DNA of 64,000 nt. Origin: an uncultured Methanoregulaceae archaeon (GTDB lineage: Archaea; Halobacteriota; Methanomicrobia; Methanomicrobiales; Methanospirillaceae). Positions 19,950 through 30,995 of the stretch are shown here, piece after piece (position 1 is the first letter of the stretch; every line of letters begins with the position of its first letter). The notes beneath the pieces are model-generated. The model was given only the letters and a program-made list of their open reading frames with translations. It did no database searches and was not told the origin of the DNA. The stretch covers positions 1,216,001 through 1,280,000 of the forward strand of contig OY970061.1 in NCBI GenBank assembly GCA_963705255.1, read 5' to 3'. Made by a program: the position numbers and the translations under genes.

Positions 19950-20252
19950 CCCGGGGGTACCCACTCCTCCCCCTCAGCGGGGGGTGGGGAGGGGGGGGGC
20001 ACCTCCACTGAAGGTGTGGGGGGGATAGGTACCCCTCCGGGCACAGGAGGGGTGGGTATCCCCCCTCCCCCGGTTGTCCGGGCCGGCCAACCAGTCCCAT
20101 TACCGTCGGAGGTTCCAGGGGAATCGCAGGTACGGCGGTTGCCAGACAGGGGGGTAGCTACCCCTCCCTCAGCGTGGGTGGGGGTACCCCTCCCATGCCC
20201 GGAGGGGGAGGGGGGAGGGGGTGCCTCAGTGGCAAAGGGTGGGGGTGGGGGG
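19950..20252. repeat. G/C-run palindrome-rich direct repeat, right copy (with extra sub-repeat)
   Basis: ~20021-20252 matches 17334-17549; 19950-20020 adds a related GGGTACCC...CCCTCAGCG unit. Confidence 0.85.
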
Positions 20253-21274
20253 GCGTTCCCATAGCCGGCAAAGTAAGTGGTTGACCCCCAATCATGACCT
20301 GCCTCCATCCGGGCCCGCATTTGCCCCGGATTCTCCCAACTTTCCATTCCAGGGGAGGTATTTCGGTAAAATGAGACATTAATTTGATAAGATTTGCTCA
20401 TTTTCACGTCGGTAGCCCGAAGACGCTATTTGGGTGCATTCCAGCAAGGGATTTTTATCGTACCCATACTAAACCCCCCGGCACCCCTCATTTCGCCTCC
20501 TAAACTCGCCCATATTAACATGGTAACTGACACATCACTTTAACGAAGTAAAAATGACAAAAATTGCCCCAATAAGACACGGTAATTGACACGCTTTTTT
20601 ACGATGTCGAATGCTGAAAGCATGAGACAAGAGAAGATGAATGCCTTCGAAACTGACACGGTTTCCCGGAATGAGGGGGTTCCGGCCAGTAAGGTCTCCG
20701 ACGGAGATTAAGTAGAAGGGGGGAGATGGTCCATAATCGCCCCAGATCCGACCTGCCATTTCATTTTCCAGGCGGATCATCAGGATCTGAGTTCCGGATC
20801 GATCCAAAAGGCAACAATTAGACGTTTTTCCGGGCGATTTAACGCCTTTAAATCGGGAATAATCCCCGGATTATGAGTATTTTCCAATCAATGTTCTATA
20901 ATTCGCCAAAAAACGCGAGTATCAGAAAATCGACATTTTAAATCGGGCTCTGTTTGGCAAACTGGGCGCTATACGGGGAGATAATTTTATGGGGGATTGC
21001 AGGTCCCGAGCAGCCCCGGAAACAGGGGGCGTGGCAGACGAAAACCGGAGGGAGGGGGTCACCGCCTCCCATGCCGGTTTGGGGCGACACCCGGGAGATT
21101 GTGAGGGGGATTGCCCGGGCCGGCGAATTACATGATTGGCCCCCGCTCAGGTCCTGATAAGTTTGCGGTTGGTAATAGATTTTTCACGTCGGTAAAAATA
21201 CTCCATCAACCGCCAACTTATCAGAACCGCTTCCGCTATGTCTCCCTGGCCATGCTATGCTCATCCGTCGCTGA

Positions 21275-22732
21275 TCACGGCACTGCGGTGATTGCTGGTG
21301 GCTGCCAGCCCGTGCCATTGAGGATGCCGGGGATCGCGGCCGGTTCAGGAGCCATGAGTCGCCAGATAACCTCGAATCCTTGTCCACTCGTGGTTGGCAA
21401 CCAGTTGTTTGCCTGAGCCGGGTCCGACGGCTGTGTGAATTGCAGGTAGATATCAACAGAGCCGTCGGTATTGTTTGTAAGCTGCGACGTGTCGCTGAAC
21501 TCGAACCGGTTGATCGGATTGGGGATCAGTGCCCCCTTCAGGTCATAGACGGTAAGCGTCCAGCCCTCATTCACGGGCGGAGCAGATGCCATGTGCATGA
21601 CGTAGTTGGTCGATCCGTTAAGCGGCGTTTTGTTGCGATCTGCCCAGCTCATAGCAAAAATCGTCTGGTCTGAGGTAAAGGCACCCAGACCAACCTGACT
21701 TACGACAGCACGCAGCGGGTAGTTGGTCCCGTACTGCCCGAAGCCTCCAATCAGATAGCCGTTGTGCTGGTCGAAGCTGGCGAGAAACAGGGTCTGGGTG
21801 TCGTTCTTGATCTGCGAAGGGCCGGCGGCTACGGCGTCTTTTAGACCCCTGATGGTGTCTTTGCTCAGGTGCACGTTATGCGAGGGTGCCATTCCGGGTC
21901 CGATCCCAACCTCCGCGAACTTGGCGAGCTCGGGCTGGTCGGCAGGCGGCGGTGGAAACTGCTCGAGCTGTTGTCCGAGCATATCGAAGAAATCAAGACC
22001 GCCGGGTATCTGATAGTACTGGATGGTCGTATTGGGATTCGTCACGTTCTCCGGCTGGTAGTTCGTCCCGTACTGGCTCAAGGGCGTCAGCGTGTAGTTA
22101 TCCTGAATGAGGTTAACAGTTGCGAGGTCGCTATTACCTTTCAGTTGGGTTGATCCTATTATCCAGATGCGGTTGTAGTCGACATTGATACGCTGGGTTC
22201 CCGCCGGGATGGGCACATTCTGCTGGTCGGGGCCGGCGATGACGTAATCGCCCGGCGGGGTGTTGTGGACGCTGCCGAGGTTCTGGAGATCGTTGGTGTA
22301 AGGGTCGATCATGGCGAGGACGAAGAAGTGGTCGTTTACCTCCGGCACATGGAGGACTTGTGGCTCTTTGCCAAGATCGAGCCATGCGATCGACGAGAGC
22401 CCATTCGAGCCCGGCGCCACAACCACCGTGCTTCCCGGGTTGTTCAGGGTGCGCACGTTATTGAATTGGTTGACCGGACCGAACGCACCGTTCGAGACGT
22501 TGATGCTGGTCATGGTCTCAAACGTCGTGTTGGTCTCGAGCAGTGGCAGGCCGTAGGTGTAGGCTTCCAGTCCAATCTCATAGCCCTTGTTGTAATCGGC
22601 TTGTGAAACGGCCGACAAGTAAGCCGTTATCAGCAATGAAGCAGTTATCAGCAGTGCCGCGCAGATAACGACGAGCACACGTCTTCGCGTAATCGCTCCG
22701 CCTATCATACTCGGAAATAGAAGTTTTGCCAT
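21275..22732 (-). CDS. DUF1254/DUF1214-domain membrane-anchored protein
   Basis: EAYTYGLPL, AWLDLGKEPQVLHVP, WTLTVYD, DGSVDIYLQ, NWLP motifs; N-terminal TM. Confidence 0.85.
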   Translation of the reverse strand: MAKLLFPSMIGGAITRRRVLVVICAALLITASLLITAYLSAVSQADYNKGYEIGLEAYTYGLPLLETNTTFETMTSINVSNGAFGPVNQFNNVRTLNNPGSTVVVAPGSNGLSSIAWLDLGKEPQVLHVPEVNDHFFVLAMIDPYTNDLQNLGSVHNTPPGDYVIAGPDQQNVPIPAGTQRINVDYNRIWIIGSTQLKGNSDLATVNLIQDNYTLTPLSQYGTNYQPENVTNPNTTIQYYQIPGGLDFFDMLGQQLEQFPPPPADQPELAKFAEVGIGPGMAPSHNVHLSKDTIRGLKDAVAAGPSQIKNDTQTLFLASFDQHNGYLIGGFGQYGTNYPLRAVVSQVGLGAFTSDQTIFAMSWADRNKTPLNGSTNYVMHMASAPPVNEGWTLTVYDLKGALIPNPINRFEFSDTSQLTNNTDGSVDIYLQFTQPSDPAQANNWLPTTSGQGFEVIWRLMAPEPAAIPGILNGTGWQPPAITAVP

Positions 22733-22868
22733 TTTAAAATTTTTGTTTTGGAGATTTTATCGCATTAGCTTTTGTGCATGATCATTACAGAATATTCAAA
22801 CAACCTAATTTAATCCTTCCAAATGATTGGATAATACATCCTAGATCCTACCCTCACACCCCCTCCAG

Positions 22869-22985
22869 TCGAAAACTCTGATGAGTTTTCTCCAGCGATC
22901 TTCACCCTGCGGGCAATTCCCCGCACCCTTCGAAGAACACCTTCGGCGTTCTTCTCACCGCTCGGGCCTGCAACTTCGTTGCACG
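22869..22985. repeat. REP-like hairpin cluster
   Basis: TC-GAAAACTC-TGAT-GAGTTTTC-TCC; TC-GAAGAAC..TTCG..GTTCTTC-TC; TGCAAC-TTC-GTTGCA. Confidence 0.6.
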
Positions 22986-23188
22986 CCCTCACGCTTATAA
23001 ACCCCGGCACATAATATCTACCCATCAACGATCTTTCAGGTCGTTGCATACTATCCGGCGCGAGCTGCTTTGCGAAGCACCCGTTGCCGGTTGCGGGAAA
23101 CGGCGGGCACCCGCAGGTTTCCGATACAAAATCCAAGAGAATAGCATACAAGAGCATACCATAGAAGACCATAACGGAGTAATATTTT

Positions 23189-25150
23189 ATGATATTAGTA
23201 CCAGATACGAGCGTCCTTATTGACGGGCGCATAACCTCGATGATAAAGGCCGGTGAATACAAGGGTGCGACAATAATCGTTCCGGAAGCAGTGATTGCAG
23301 AACTGGAGGCCCAGGCCAACAACGGGCGCGAGATCGGGTTCTCGGGCCTCGGCGAGCTGCAGTCGCTGTGCAAAATGGCGGAAGAGAAGACCATCGAACT
23401 CAAGTTCTCCGGCGTGAGGCCGTCCCTCGAGCAGGTGAAGCTCGCGAGCGGCGGCGAGATCGACGCGATGATACGGAACATCGCGATTGAGAATGCTGCA
23501 CGGTTCATCACGAGCGACAACGTGCAGGCCGAGGTGGCACGGGCAAAGGGGCTCGATGTCATCTACTTAAAACCCCAGGTAACCGATTTTGTCCCGCTGG
23601 CGATCGACCAGTTCTTCGACGAGCACACCATCGCCGTCTACCTCAAGGAGCGGGTCCAGCCGATGGGCAAGAAGGGCACCATCAGCGAGATGAAACTCGT
23701 GAAGATCCGGGAGCAGCCCACGAGCGAGTACCAGCTCCGGATGATGGCGCAGGAGATCCTCGAGCGGGCGAAGCGCGACCCCGACGGGTTCATCGAAGTC
23801 GAGAAACGCGGGATCACTGTGGTCCAGATCGGCTCGATGCGGATCGCGATCGCACGCCGCCCCTTCAGCGACGGCATGGAGATCACCGCCGTCCGCCCGA
23901 TCGTGGACGTGACCCTGAAGGACTATGCCAAGTCCGATATTATTACAAAACGGATCACGAGCGAGAAGCGGGGCATGCTGATCATCGGCGCCCCCGGTTC
24001 CGGCAAGACCACCCTCGCCCAGAACCTCGCCACCTACCTCTCGGACAGCGGCTTCGTGGTCAAGACCATGGAAGCCCCCCGGGAGCTCCAGGTCCCCGAC
24101 CAGATCACCCAGTACACGATGCTGGACGGGAGCATGGCCAACACCGCGGACGTGCTCCTGCTCGTGCGGCCCGACTTCGTCATCTTCGACGAGCTCCGGA
24201 AGAACGAAGACTTCAACGTCTTTGCCGACATGCGCCTCGCGGGCCTCGGCATGGTCGGGGTCATCCACGCGAACGGCGTGCAGGACGCGATCCAGCGCTT
24301 CTCCGACCGGGCCGACTTCTCGGTCCTCTCGCAGATCTTCAACACGGTCATCTTCGTCAGGCAGGGCATCATCACCAAGGTCTACGATGTCGGGTTCACC
24401 ATCAAGGTCCCCGAGGGGATGGCAAGCGAGATGCACCTCCGCCCGGTCACGACGATCACCGACCACGAGACGGGCGAGCTCGTGCTCGACGTCTTCCGGT
24501 ACGATGGCGAGACCATCGTGATGCCGGTCATGGCAGCGGCCCCTGCATCAGCCCCGGCTCCCCGCTCCGCCCAGATCCAGGTGCAGCACGTCGGCCAGCC
24601 GGTCCTCCCTTCCCAGCCGGTCAGGACGCCGTCGCAGGCCCCGGATGCGGCAAAGAAGGAACCCGAGGAGCGGACCGGCTGGAAACTCACCGAGAAGGAG
24701 ATCCAGCGGGAGATCGGCAGGTACACCGAAGGATTCGTCGATGTCCAGATGATCAGCGACACCAAGGCCGTGGTCTACATCGACGACAAGGACGTGCCGG
24801 CCGCGATCGGCAAAGGCGGCAAGAACGTCTCGGCGATCGTCAACAAGCTCGGCATCGGGATCGACATCAAGCCCCGCACGGAGTTCGACCGCCAGCAGGC
24901 ACAGCCCAGGGCGGATGAGGAGTTCAGCCTCGGCGGCGGCATAAAGATCCAGACCGACAAGAAACAGCTCACGATCATCGCCCCCGGCGAGAGCGGCAGG
25001 ATCGTGGACGTCTTTGCCGGCAAGGAGTACCTCTTCACCGCCACCGTCAACGAGAGCGGGGAGATCCACCTAGCGAAGAACTCGAGCATCGCCCAGGAGA
25101 TGATCCGGCGCCATGCCAACAACGAGGTCATCAGGCTGAGGCCGGTATAA
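23189..25150 (+). CDS. PIN-domain ATPase with KH domain (PINA family)
   Basis: N-terminal PDTSVLIDG PIN, Walker A GAPGSGKT, Walker B FVIFDE, KH IGKGG. Confidence 0.92.
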   Translation: MILVPDTSVLIDGRITSMIKAGEYKGATIIVPEAVIAELEAQANNGREIGFSGLGELQSLCKMAEEKTIELKFSGVRPSLEQVKLASGGEIDAMIRNIAIENAARFITSDNVQAEVARAKGLDVIYLKPQVTDFVPLAIDQFFDEHTIAVYLKERVQPMGKKGTISEMKLVKIREQPTSEYQLRMMAQEILERAKRDPDGFIEVEKRGITVVQIGSMRIAIARRPFSDGMEITAVRPIVDVTLKDYAKSDIITKRITSEKRGMLIIGAPGSGKTTLAQNLATYLSDSGFVVKTMEAPRELQVPDQITQYTMLDGSMANTADVLLLVRPDFVIFDELRKNEDFNVFADMRLAGLGMVGVIHANGVQDAIQRFSDRADFSVLSQIFNTVIFVRQGIITKVYDVGFTIKVPEGMASEMHLRPVTTITDHETGELVLDVFRYDGETIVMPVMAAAPASAPAPRSAQIQVQHVGQPVLPSQPVRTPSQAPDAAKKEPEERTGWKLTEKEIQREIGRYTEGFVDVQMISDTKAVVYIDDKDVPAAIGKGGKNVSAIVNKLGIGIDIKPRTEFDRQQAQPRADEEFSLGGGIKIQTDKKQLTIIAPGESGRIVDVFAGKEYLFTATVNESGEIHLAKNSSIAQEMIRRHANNEVIRLRPV

Positions 25151-25182
25151 GGAGAACCCCTTTTTCCGGAAGGTGAATCAGA

Positions 25183-27963
25183 GTGAGTGAATTCGATCTC
25201 CTGAAATTCGAGGAAGAGGCGCACGAGAGATGGCTCCACGCGTTCGAGTCCAATCCCGGCACCCTTGAAAAATTCTACCTGAATGTTGCCTACCCGTACC
25301 CGAGCGGTGCAATGCACGTGGGGCATGGCAGGACCTACATCGTCCCCGACGTCATCGCACGGTTCTGGCGGATGCGGGGCAGGCAGGTGCTCTACCCGAT
25401 GGCATTCCACGTCACGGGCGCCCCCGTCATCGGCGTCTCGAAACGGATCGCCCGGAGAGACGAGAAGACGATCCGGCTCTACCGCGACCTGTACAAGGTC
25501 CCGCAGGACGTGCTCGACGGGTTCGTCGAGCCGCTGACCATCGTCCGCCACTTCGCGAGCGAGTACCAGCGGGTCATGACCGCCTGCGGGCTCTCGATCG
25601 ACTGGCGGCGGCGGTTCACCACGGTCGACCCCACGTACAGCAAATTCATCGAGTGGCAGTGGAAGCACCTCTACGAGGCCGGGCACGTCATCAAGGGCGT
25701 CCACCCCGTGCGCTACTGCACCGTGGACGACAACCCGGTCGGCGACCACGACCTGCTCGAAGGGGACAAGGCCGAGGTGATCAGGTTCACGCTCGTCATG
25801 TTCCGGTTCGGGGACTCCTTCATCCCGACCGCGACCCTCCGCCCCGAGACCATCCATGGAGTCACCAACCTCTGGGCCAACCCGGACGTCACTTACGTGA
25901 AGGCACTCGTGGACGGGAAAGCCTGGATCGTCTCGAAGGAGGCGGCCGAGAAGCTCGCCCTCCAGGACCACACGGTCGAGGTACAGGAAGAGGTCCCGGG
26001 AAAAGATCTCGTAGACAAGAAGGTCTCTCACCCGCTCTGCGGCGAGATATCCATCCTGCCGGCCGGCTTTGTCGACCCGGACATGGCGAGCGGCCTCGTC
26101 ATGAGCGTCCCCGCCCACGCCCCGTTCGACTATATCGCCCTCCGCGACCTCCAGCAGGCGGGAAGATATAAGGAGATCAGGCCGATCCCCCTCATCAGGG
26201 TCGAAGGCTACGGCGAGGTCCCCGCCCAGTCAGCGGTCGAGAAGGCAGGCATCAAGAACCAGATGGACAGCCGGATGGACGCACTCACCCAGGAGATCTA
26301 CTCGGCCGAGTTCTCGAAAGGAAGACTCTTCGACAAGTACGGCGGGAAGCCGGTGCGGGTGGCCCGGGACGAGGTCGCGGACCTGATGACCGCGAAGTAC
26401 GACTCCGGGGTCATGTACGAGTTCGACGTCCGCCCGGTCGTCTGCCGCTGCGGCAACCGGGTCAAAGTCAAGATCCTCCACGACCAGTGGTTCCTGAGAT
26501 ATTCCGACCCGGCCTGGAAGCAGCAGGTCTCCGACCACCTGAAGGACATGACGCTTGTACCCCCCGAGGTCCGGCTAGAGTTCGACCGCACGGTTGACTG
26601 GCTCAAGGACTGGGCCTGCACCCGGCGGGTCGGCCTTGGCACCCGCTTTCCCTGGGACCCGGCCCAGCTGATCGAGCCGCTCTCGGACTCAACAATCTAC
26701 ATGGCCTATTACACTATCGCCCACCGGATCCGGGAGATCGACTCCAAGCTCTTAACTCCGGAAGTCTTCGAGTACATCTTCCTCGGGAAAGAGAACAAGG
26801 AACTGCCCGAGAGGAAGAAGCTCGAGGCCATGAGGAAGGAGTTCCTCTACTGGTACCCCTACGACTTCCGGTTCTCGGCAAAGGACCTCATCTCCAACCA
26901 CCTCACCTTCCAGCTCTTCCATCACGTCACCATCTTCCCGAAGGAGAAACTCCCGAAGGGCATGGTCGTCTTCGGCATGGGCCTCCTGAACGGCGCCAAG
27001 ATGTCCTCCTCGAAGGGCAACGTCTTCCTGCTGGAGGACGCGGTGAAGGAGTTCGGGGCCGACACCGTCCGGATGTTCCTGATGGGCAGCGCCGAGCCCT
27101 GGCAGGACTTTGACTGGAGGAACGAACTCGTCCTCTCGACAAAGAAGCAGATCGAGCGGTTCTACAACACCGTGATGGACGTGAAAGACGCAGGCGGCGA
27201 GCCGCACGACATCGACCGCTGGCTGATCGGCCGGCTCCAGTCGCACATAGCGAAGACCACCGAGGCCCTCGTGAACTTCCAGACCCGGCAGGCCCTGCAG
27301 GAGGCCTACTTCGGGATCGAGACCGACCTGAAGTGGTACCGCCGCAGGCTCCCGGAAGGGAACGACGGGAGCAGGGAGCTCCACACGCTCTGCTCGGCCT
27401 GGGTCCGGCTCCTTGCCCCGTTCATCCCGTTCACGGGCGAGCACCTCTGGAAAGAACTGGCAGGCGAAGGGCTCGTCTCGTTCGCCGCATGGCCGGTCGC
27501 GGACGAAAACCTCGTCAACGGGAAGATCGAGCTCGCGGAAGAGCTCCTTTCAAGGACCGTGGAGGACATCGAGTCCATCCAGAAACTGATCCAGCTCACG
27601 CCCAGATCGATCACCATCGCCCTTGCCCCGGAATGGAAGCACGAGGTCTTCCGCACGATCGCACAGTCCAGCGACAGGAACACCGTGATCAAAGAGATCA
27701 TGAAGGACGATACCATGCGGAAGCGCGGGAAGGACGCGACCGATGCCGCAAGGCAGTGCACAACCCTCATCCACCGCCTGCCGCCGCAGGTTGTCGAACC
27801 GCTCGTCCGGGAGCCCATCAGCGAGCAGGCAGTCTTCGAGTCCGCCCGGACCTTCCTCGAGCAGGAGTTCGGGGTCCCGGTCCACGTCACTGAAGCAGAG
27901 ACAAGCGGGCACGTGAAGGCCCTCACCGCCCTGCCGTTCAAGCCGGCGATCATCATCGAATAA
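25183..27963 (+). CDS. leuS: leucine--tRNA ligase (archaeal type)
   Basis: [12 protein letters not shown] (HIGH), ATLRPET editing motif, KMSSS, C-terminal PFKPAIIIE. Confidence 0.97.
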   Translation: MSEFDLLKFEEEAHERWLHAFESNPGTLEKFYLNVAYPYPSGAMHVGHGRTYIVPDVIARFWRMRGRQVLYPMAFHVTGAPVIGVSKRIARRDEKTIRLYRDLYKVPQDVLDGFVEPLTIVRHFASEYQRVMTACGLSIDWRRRFTTVDPTYSKFIEWQWKHLYEAGHVIKGVHPVRYCTVDDNPVGDHDLLEGDKAEVIRFTLVMFRFGDSFIPTATLRPETIHGVTNLWANPDVTYVKALVDGKAWIVSKEAAEKLALQDHTVEVQEEVPGKDLVDKKVSHPLCGEISILPAGFVDPDMASGLVMSVPAHAPFDYIALRDLQQAGRYKEIRPIPLIRVEGYGEVPAQSAVEKAGIKNQMDSRMDALTQEIYSAEFSKGRLFDKYGGKPVRVARDEVADLMTAKYDSGVMYEFDVRPVVCRCGNRVKVKILHDQWFLRYSDPAWKQQVSDHLKDMTLVPPEVRLEFDRTVDWLKDWACTRRVGLGTRFPWDPAQLIEPLSDSTIYMAYYTIAHRIREIDSKLLTPEVFEYIFLGKENKELPERKKLEAMRKEFLYWYPYDFRFSAKDLISNHLTFQLFHHVTIFPKEKLPKGMVVFGMGLLNGAKMSSSKGNVFLLEDAVKEFGADTVRMFLMGSAEPWQDFDWRNELVLSTKKQIERFYNTVMDVKDAGGEPHDIDRWLIGRLQSHIAKTTEALVNFQTRQALQEAYFGIETDLKWYRRRLPEGNDGSRELHTLCSAWVRLLAPFIPFTGEHLWKELAGEGLVSFAAWPVADENLVNGKIELAEELLSRTVEDIESIQKLIQLTPRSITIALAPEWKHEVFRTIAQSSDRNTVIKEIMKDDTMRKRGKDATDAARQCTTLIHRLPPQVVEPLVREPISEQAVFESARTFLEQEFGVPVHVTEAETSGHVKALTALPFKPAIIIE

Positions 27964-27972
27964 TTTTTTTTT
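27964..27972 (+). terminator. oligo-T archaeal terminator
   Basis: T9 run directly after the leuS stop. Confidence 0.6.
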
Positions 27973-28402
27973 GGGCGTTCTGGCTGGAAGTCTTCAGGAG
28001 AGAAAGCCATTCATTGGACTCCAAATCGTTTTTTGACAATAATCCTGACAGGAAACAAGCGCGCAGTAGTTATACTATATAAATATTTCATTTTTCCTGA
28101 TTTATTTCTAACCGGATATCTATGAATCTAACGGAATCTGGAGGAGATCTGCTCATTCCGCTTTCAATTATATTAGTTTTCATATTGCAATCTTCAATTT
28201 TTTATGTAATTTCTCTTTTTTCCGTTTTACTATCTTGCAGATTTCATCCGGCCGTAATTTAGCGGTAATGAAGGCATTGTTGGTGGATTATCCGGTCAAT
28301 CCAACCGTTTTCAAGTTATGCAAAATATAACAAAAAATATATAGCGCATCTGCAGATTTTTGAATTATCACAACAGGATGACACATACTCGGATGTGAAA
28401 CC

Positions 28403-28954
28403 ATGAAAATGAAATTATTGATTATTGGACTTCTGGTCATTGCAACAGCATTGATGGTTGCGCCGGTGATGGCGGATTCAGCAACAAACGTCACAGGAAA
28501 TCCGACAAGCGTAATAAGCCTTTCTATCACCGGAGGAGTTGTCACACTGACTTTAAATCCTCAGGGGACTAATCCCGCGACCGATAATAGCCAAACATTA
28601 ACGGTGTCAGCGAATGGCGTTGGGTGGACAGTTGCAGCCTCTGATAACCTGGATTATGGCAAACCATCAGGAACAACGGGCCATATGTCTGAATCAGATC
28701 AATACCAGGCGTATATTACCTCTAGCCCTAAAACCCTGACTGCTGTCATGAATGTTACCGGGCAAACTATGACAGGGGCTAATGGTGCCACCGTAAAATT
28801 AGATACTGGCGGGGTAATTGAAACAGGAACTACGGCGGTAAGTGGTACAACAGGACATGTGCAATTCTCGCAAATTGCAAATTACGTTGATACAGTTCTT
28901 ACAAATGGTGAAAATTACAAAATAATCGTCACATTCACCGGCACACCGGGATAA
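28403..28954 (+). CDS. secreted beta-rich pilin-like protein 1
   Basis: Sec signal (…APVMA|D), Thr/Gly-rich, GWTVxASD motif, terminal strand YKIIVTFTG; no membrane anchor. Confidence 0.75.
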   Translation: MKMKLLIIGLLVIATALMVAPVMADSATNVTGNPTSVISLSITGGVVTLTLNPQGTNPATDNSQTLTVSANGVGWTVAASDNLDYGKPSGTTGHMSESDQYQAYITSSPKTLTAVMNVTGQTMTGANGATVKLDTGGVIETGTTAVSGTTGHVQFSQIANYVDTVLTNGENYKIIVTFTGTPG

Positions 28955-29037
28955 TAAGGGGGATGAATTAAAAATTTATTTCTAATACATATTTTTAAGT
29001 GTTTGAACCTTGAGGGTAGTATATCAGGAGATACGGC

Positions 29038-29556
29038 ATGTTGAAACGGTTAATGGTAATAGTTTTACTGCTGGTACTACTATGCCTCGTACCGGTTACG
29101 GCTGATCCTGCTATCGATGTTTCAGTATCCGGAACTATTGATAATATGCCATTCACTCCCGGGCAAACCAGCACGAATAGTTCTGGCATTGAACTATCCA
29201 TAACAACTTCAGGAATCACTACCGGATGGTCAGTGGAAGTGAGCGATCTTTCAGATGATGGCAAACCCCCAAGCTATGCCGGTCGTCTGGTAGAATGGGA
29301 TGGTTCGCAATATGTAACGCCAAATCCTCATGTTTTGGGAACAAACCTGACCGTAACAGGATACGGTGAGACGGATATGAATAATTCCACAGCAGTATTG
29401 GGTCCAATCGGGGGAATTATTGAATCCGGATCAACAAATAACACGTGGTCAGGTATTCCCATCATAATCAAGCAATATGTTGATTATAATGATCTGCACC
29501 TGACCGGTGGAAACGTTTATAAAACAACGATTACCTTCAAAGGTACTGCTACCTGA
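29038..29556 (+). CDS. secreted beta-rich pilin-like protein 2 (paralogue)
   Basis: Aligns with protein 1 (GWSVEVSD..DDGKP, GGIIESG, YKTTITFKG); GGAG RBS. Confidence 0.75.
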   Translation: MLKRLMVIVLLLVLLCLVPVTADPAIDVSVSGTIDNMPFTPGQTSTNSSGIELSITTSGITTGWSVEVSDLSDDGKPPSYAGRLVEWDGSQYVTPNPHVLGTNLTVTGYGETDMNNSTAVLGPIGGIIESGSTNNTWSGIPIIIKQYVDYNDLHLTGGNVYKTTITFKGTAT

Positions 29557-29624
29557 TCGCGGGTGCTGAGAATTTACATAAAAAATTTATATTCTATGAC
29601 AAATTATTACCAAAGAGGTTGAAA

Positions 29625-30995
29625 ATGAGGAATGTCGTGGGAAAATATCTGACAATCGGATTCGTTGTATTATGTCTTATGCTGGTAATTCCGGCAGCGG
29701 TATCAGCAATCAGTGTATCCGGGGCAAAATATATGGGGAGCATCGCTCCCGGGGGGACAGATACCCAGATAATAACAGTTGGTGTAGGATCCAATGAAAA
29801 TCCTTCTGATATTGCAATAGATGTTTTTGGGTTCGGCCAGAACATAGATCAGACGTATACCAACATTCTTCCGGCAAATGATCTCAGTCCGTATTCCGCC
29901 AGGTCATTCATCGCCATTGATAACAGTACCTTCCATCTTGAACCCGGGATGACAAAAACGGTGAAGGCGACAATCACACTTCCGACGAACGTGGGTAGTG
30001 GTGGCAGGTATGCAATTATCTATGTTCACGCCCTTCCGGGAAAGGGACAATTTGCTACGACTGCAATAAATATTCCGGTATTAATCACAATTGCCGGGCA
30101 AACTCCAACAGAAACCGGCAGTATTACCGGTCTGGACGTGGCCGATGTAATTGCCGGACAACCCATTCAGGTTGTTACGACTCTTAAAAATACAGGTAAC
30201 CTGCATTATTATCATACAGTAAATACCGTAAAACTGACCGATAGTAATGGAAACGTTATCGCTAACACGTCAACTCAGCCATCCGTTTTTGCAATTATCC
30301 CGGGTAGCACGGTACGGTATACCCTGCAATCAGATGTGAAAAATTTACCGGTCGGGACCTACACAGCAGATTCCAAAGTCCTGCTTGAAGATGGCACGGT
30401 TCTCGATGAAAAAACGACGACATTCGCGGTAAAGACGAATTACGTTCCCCCGGTGACAGAATCAAATATCACCCTCACACCGGGAAGTGCGGGAACCCTA
30501 ACCTCTCCCGATGGCCGGTACTCAGTCTCATTCCCGCAGGGTGCAGTATTAGGCGATGCTATAGTGACCCTGAAACCATACTCCAGAGATAAACTCGAGG
30601 CAGCCCCGTCAAATGCCAAACTGGGGGCAACCTGTTTTGAGATCACCGGCCTCACCGGCCTGCTCAGCAAGGACGCCACGGTTTTGGTCAAATATTCTGG
30701 GGACGATCTCGCAGCAGCTGGAGGGGATGCATCGCAGTTGAAACTCTCGTACTGGGACGCTGCACAGAATGCATGGGTCATTCTGCCCACGCAGGTAGAT
30801 GCCGGAAGCACAACGCTGACCGCCACGACCAATCACCTGAGCGTCTGGGCTGTCATGGTCTCGTCTTCATCAACAACGAGTGGAGCATCAGCCGCGGCAG
30901 TGCCTACGAAGGCCCCCCTGCCTGCAGTCGTGAGCCTGTCAGCCCTCATCATAGCCGTCATCATTTCCTGCGACCTGTCACGGAAAAGGAAATGA
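29625..30995 (+). CDS. membrane-anchored chaperone-like (DUF916/PapD-like Ig pair) surface protein
   Basis: [18 protein letters not shown]...[16 protein letters not shown], a third domain ending [12 protein letters not shown] linker, TM plus RKRK. Confidence 0.65.
   Translation: MRNVVGKYLTIGFVVLCLMLVIPAAVSAISVSGAKYMGSIAPGGTDTQIITVGVGSNENPSDIAIDVFGFGQNIDQTYTNILPANDLSPYSARSFIAIDNSTFHLEPGMTKTVKATITLPTNVGSGGRYAIIYVHALPGKGQFATTAINIPVLITIAGQTPTETGSITGLDVADVIAGQPIQVVTTLKNTGNLHYYHTVNTVKLTDSNGNVIANTSTQPSVFAIIPGSTVRYTLQSDVKNLPVGTYTADSKVLLEDGTVLDEKTTTFAVKTNYVPPVTESNITLTPGSAGTLTSPDGRYSVSFPQGAVLGDAIVTLKPYSRDKLEAAPSNAKLGATCFEITGLTGLLSKDATVLVKYSGDDLAAAGGDASQLKLSYWDAAQNAWVILPTQVDAGSTTLTATTNHLSVWAVMVSSSSTTSGASAAAVPTKAPLPAVVSLSALIIAVIISCDLSRKRK

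Noticed and set aside
19820-20407. Pro/Gly-rich ORFs on both strands (also 17210-17605)
   Set aside because: They are translations of the G/C-run repeat, not credible proteins
28403-29556. Type IV pilin/archaellin identity for the two small secreted proteins
   Set aside because: They have class I-type signal peptides with A|D cleavage, no class III motif and no retained hydrophobic N-terminal helix
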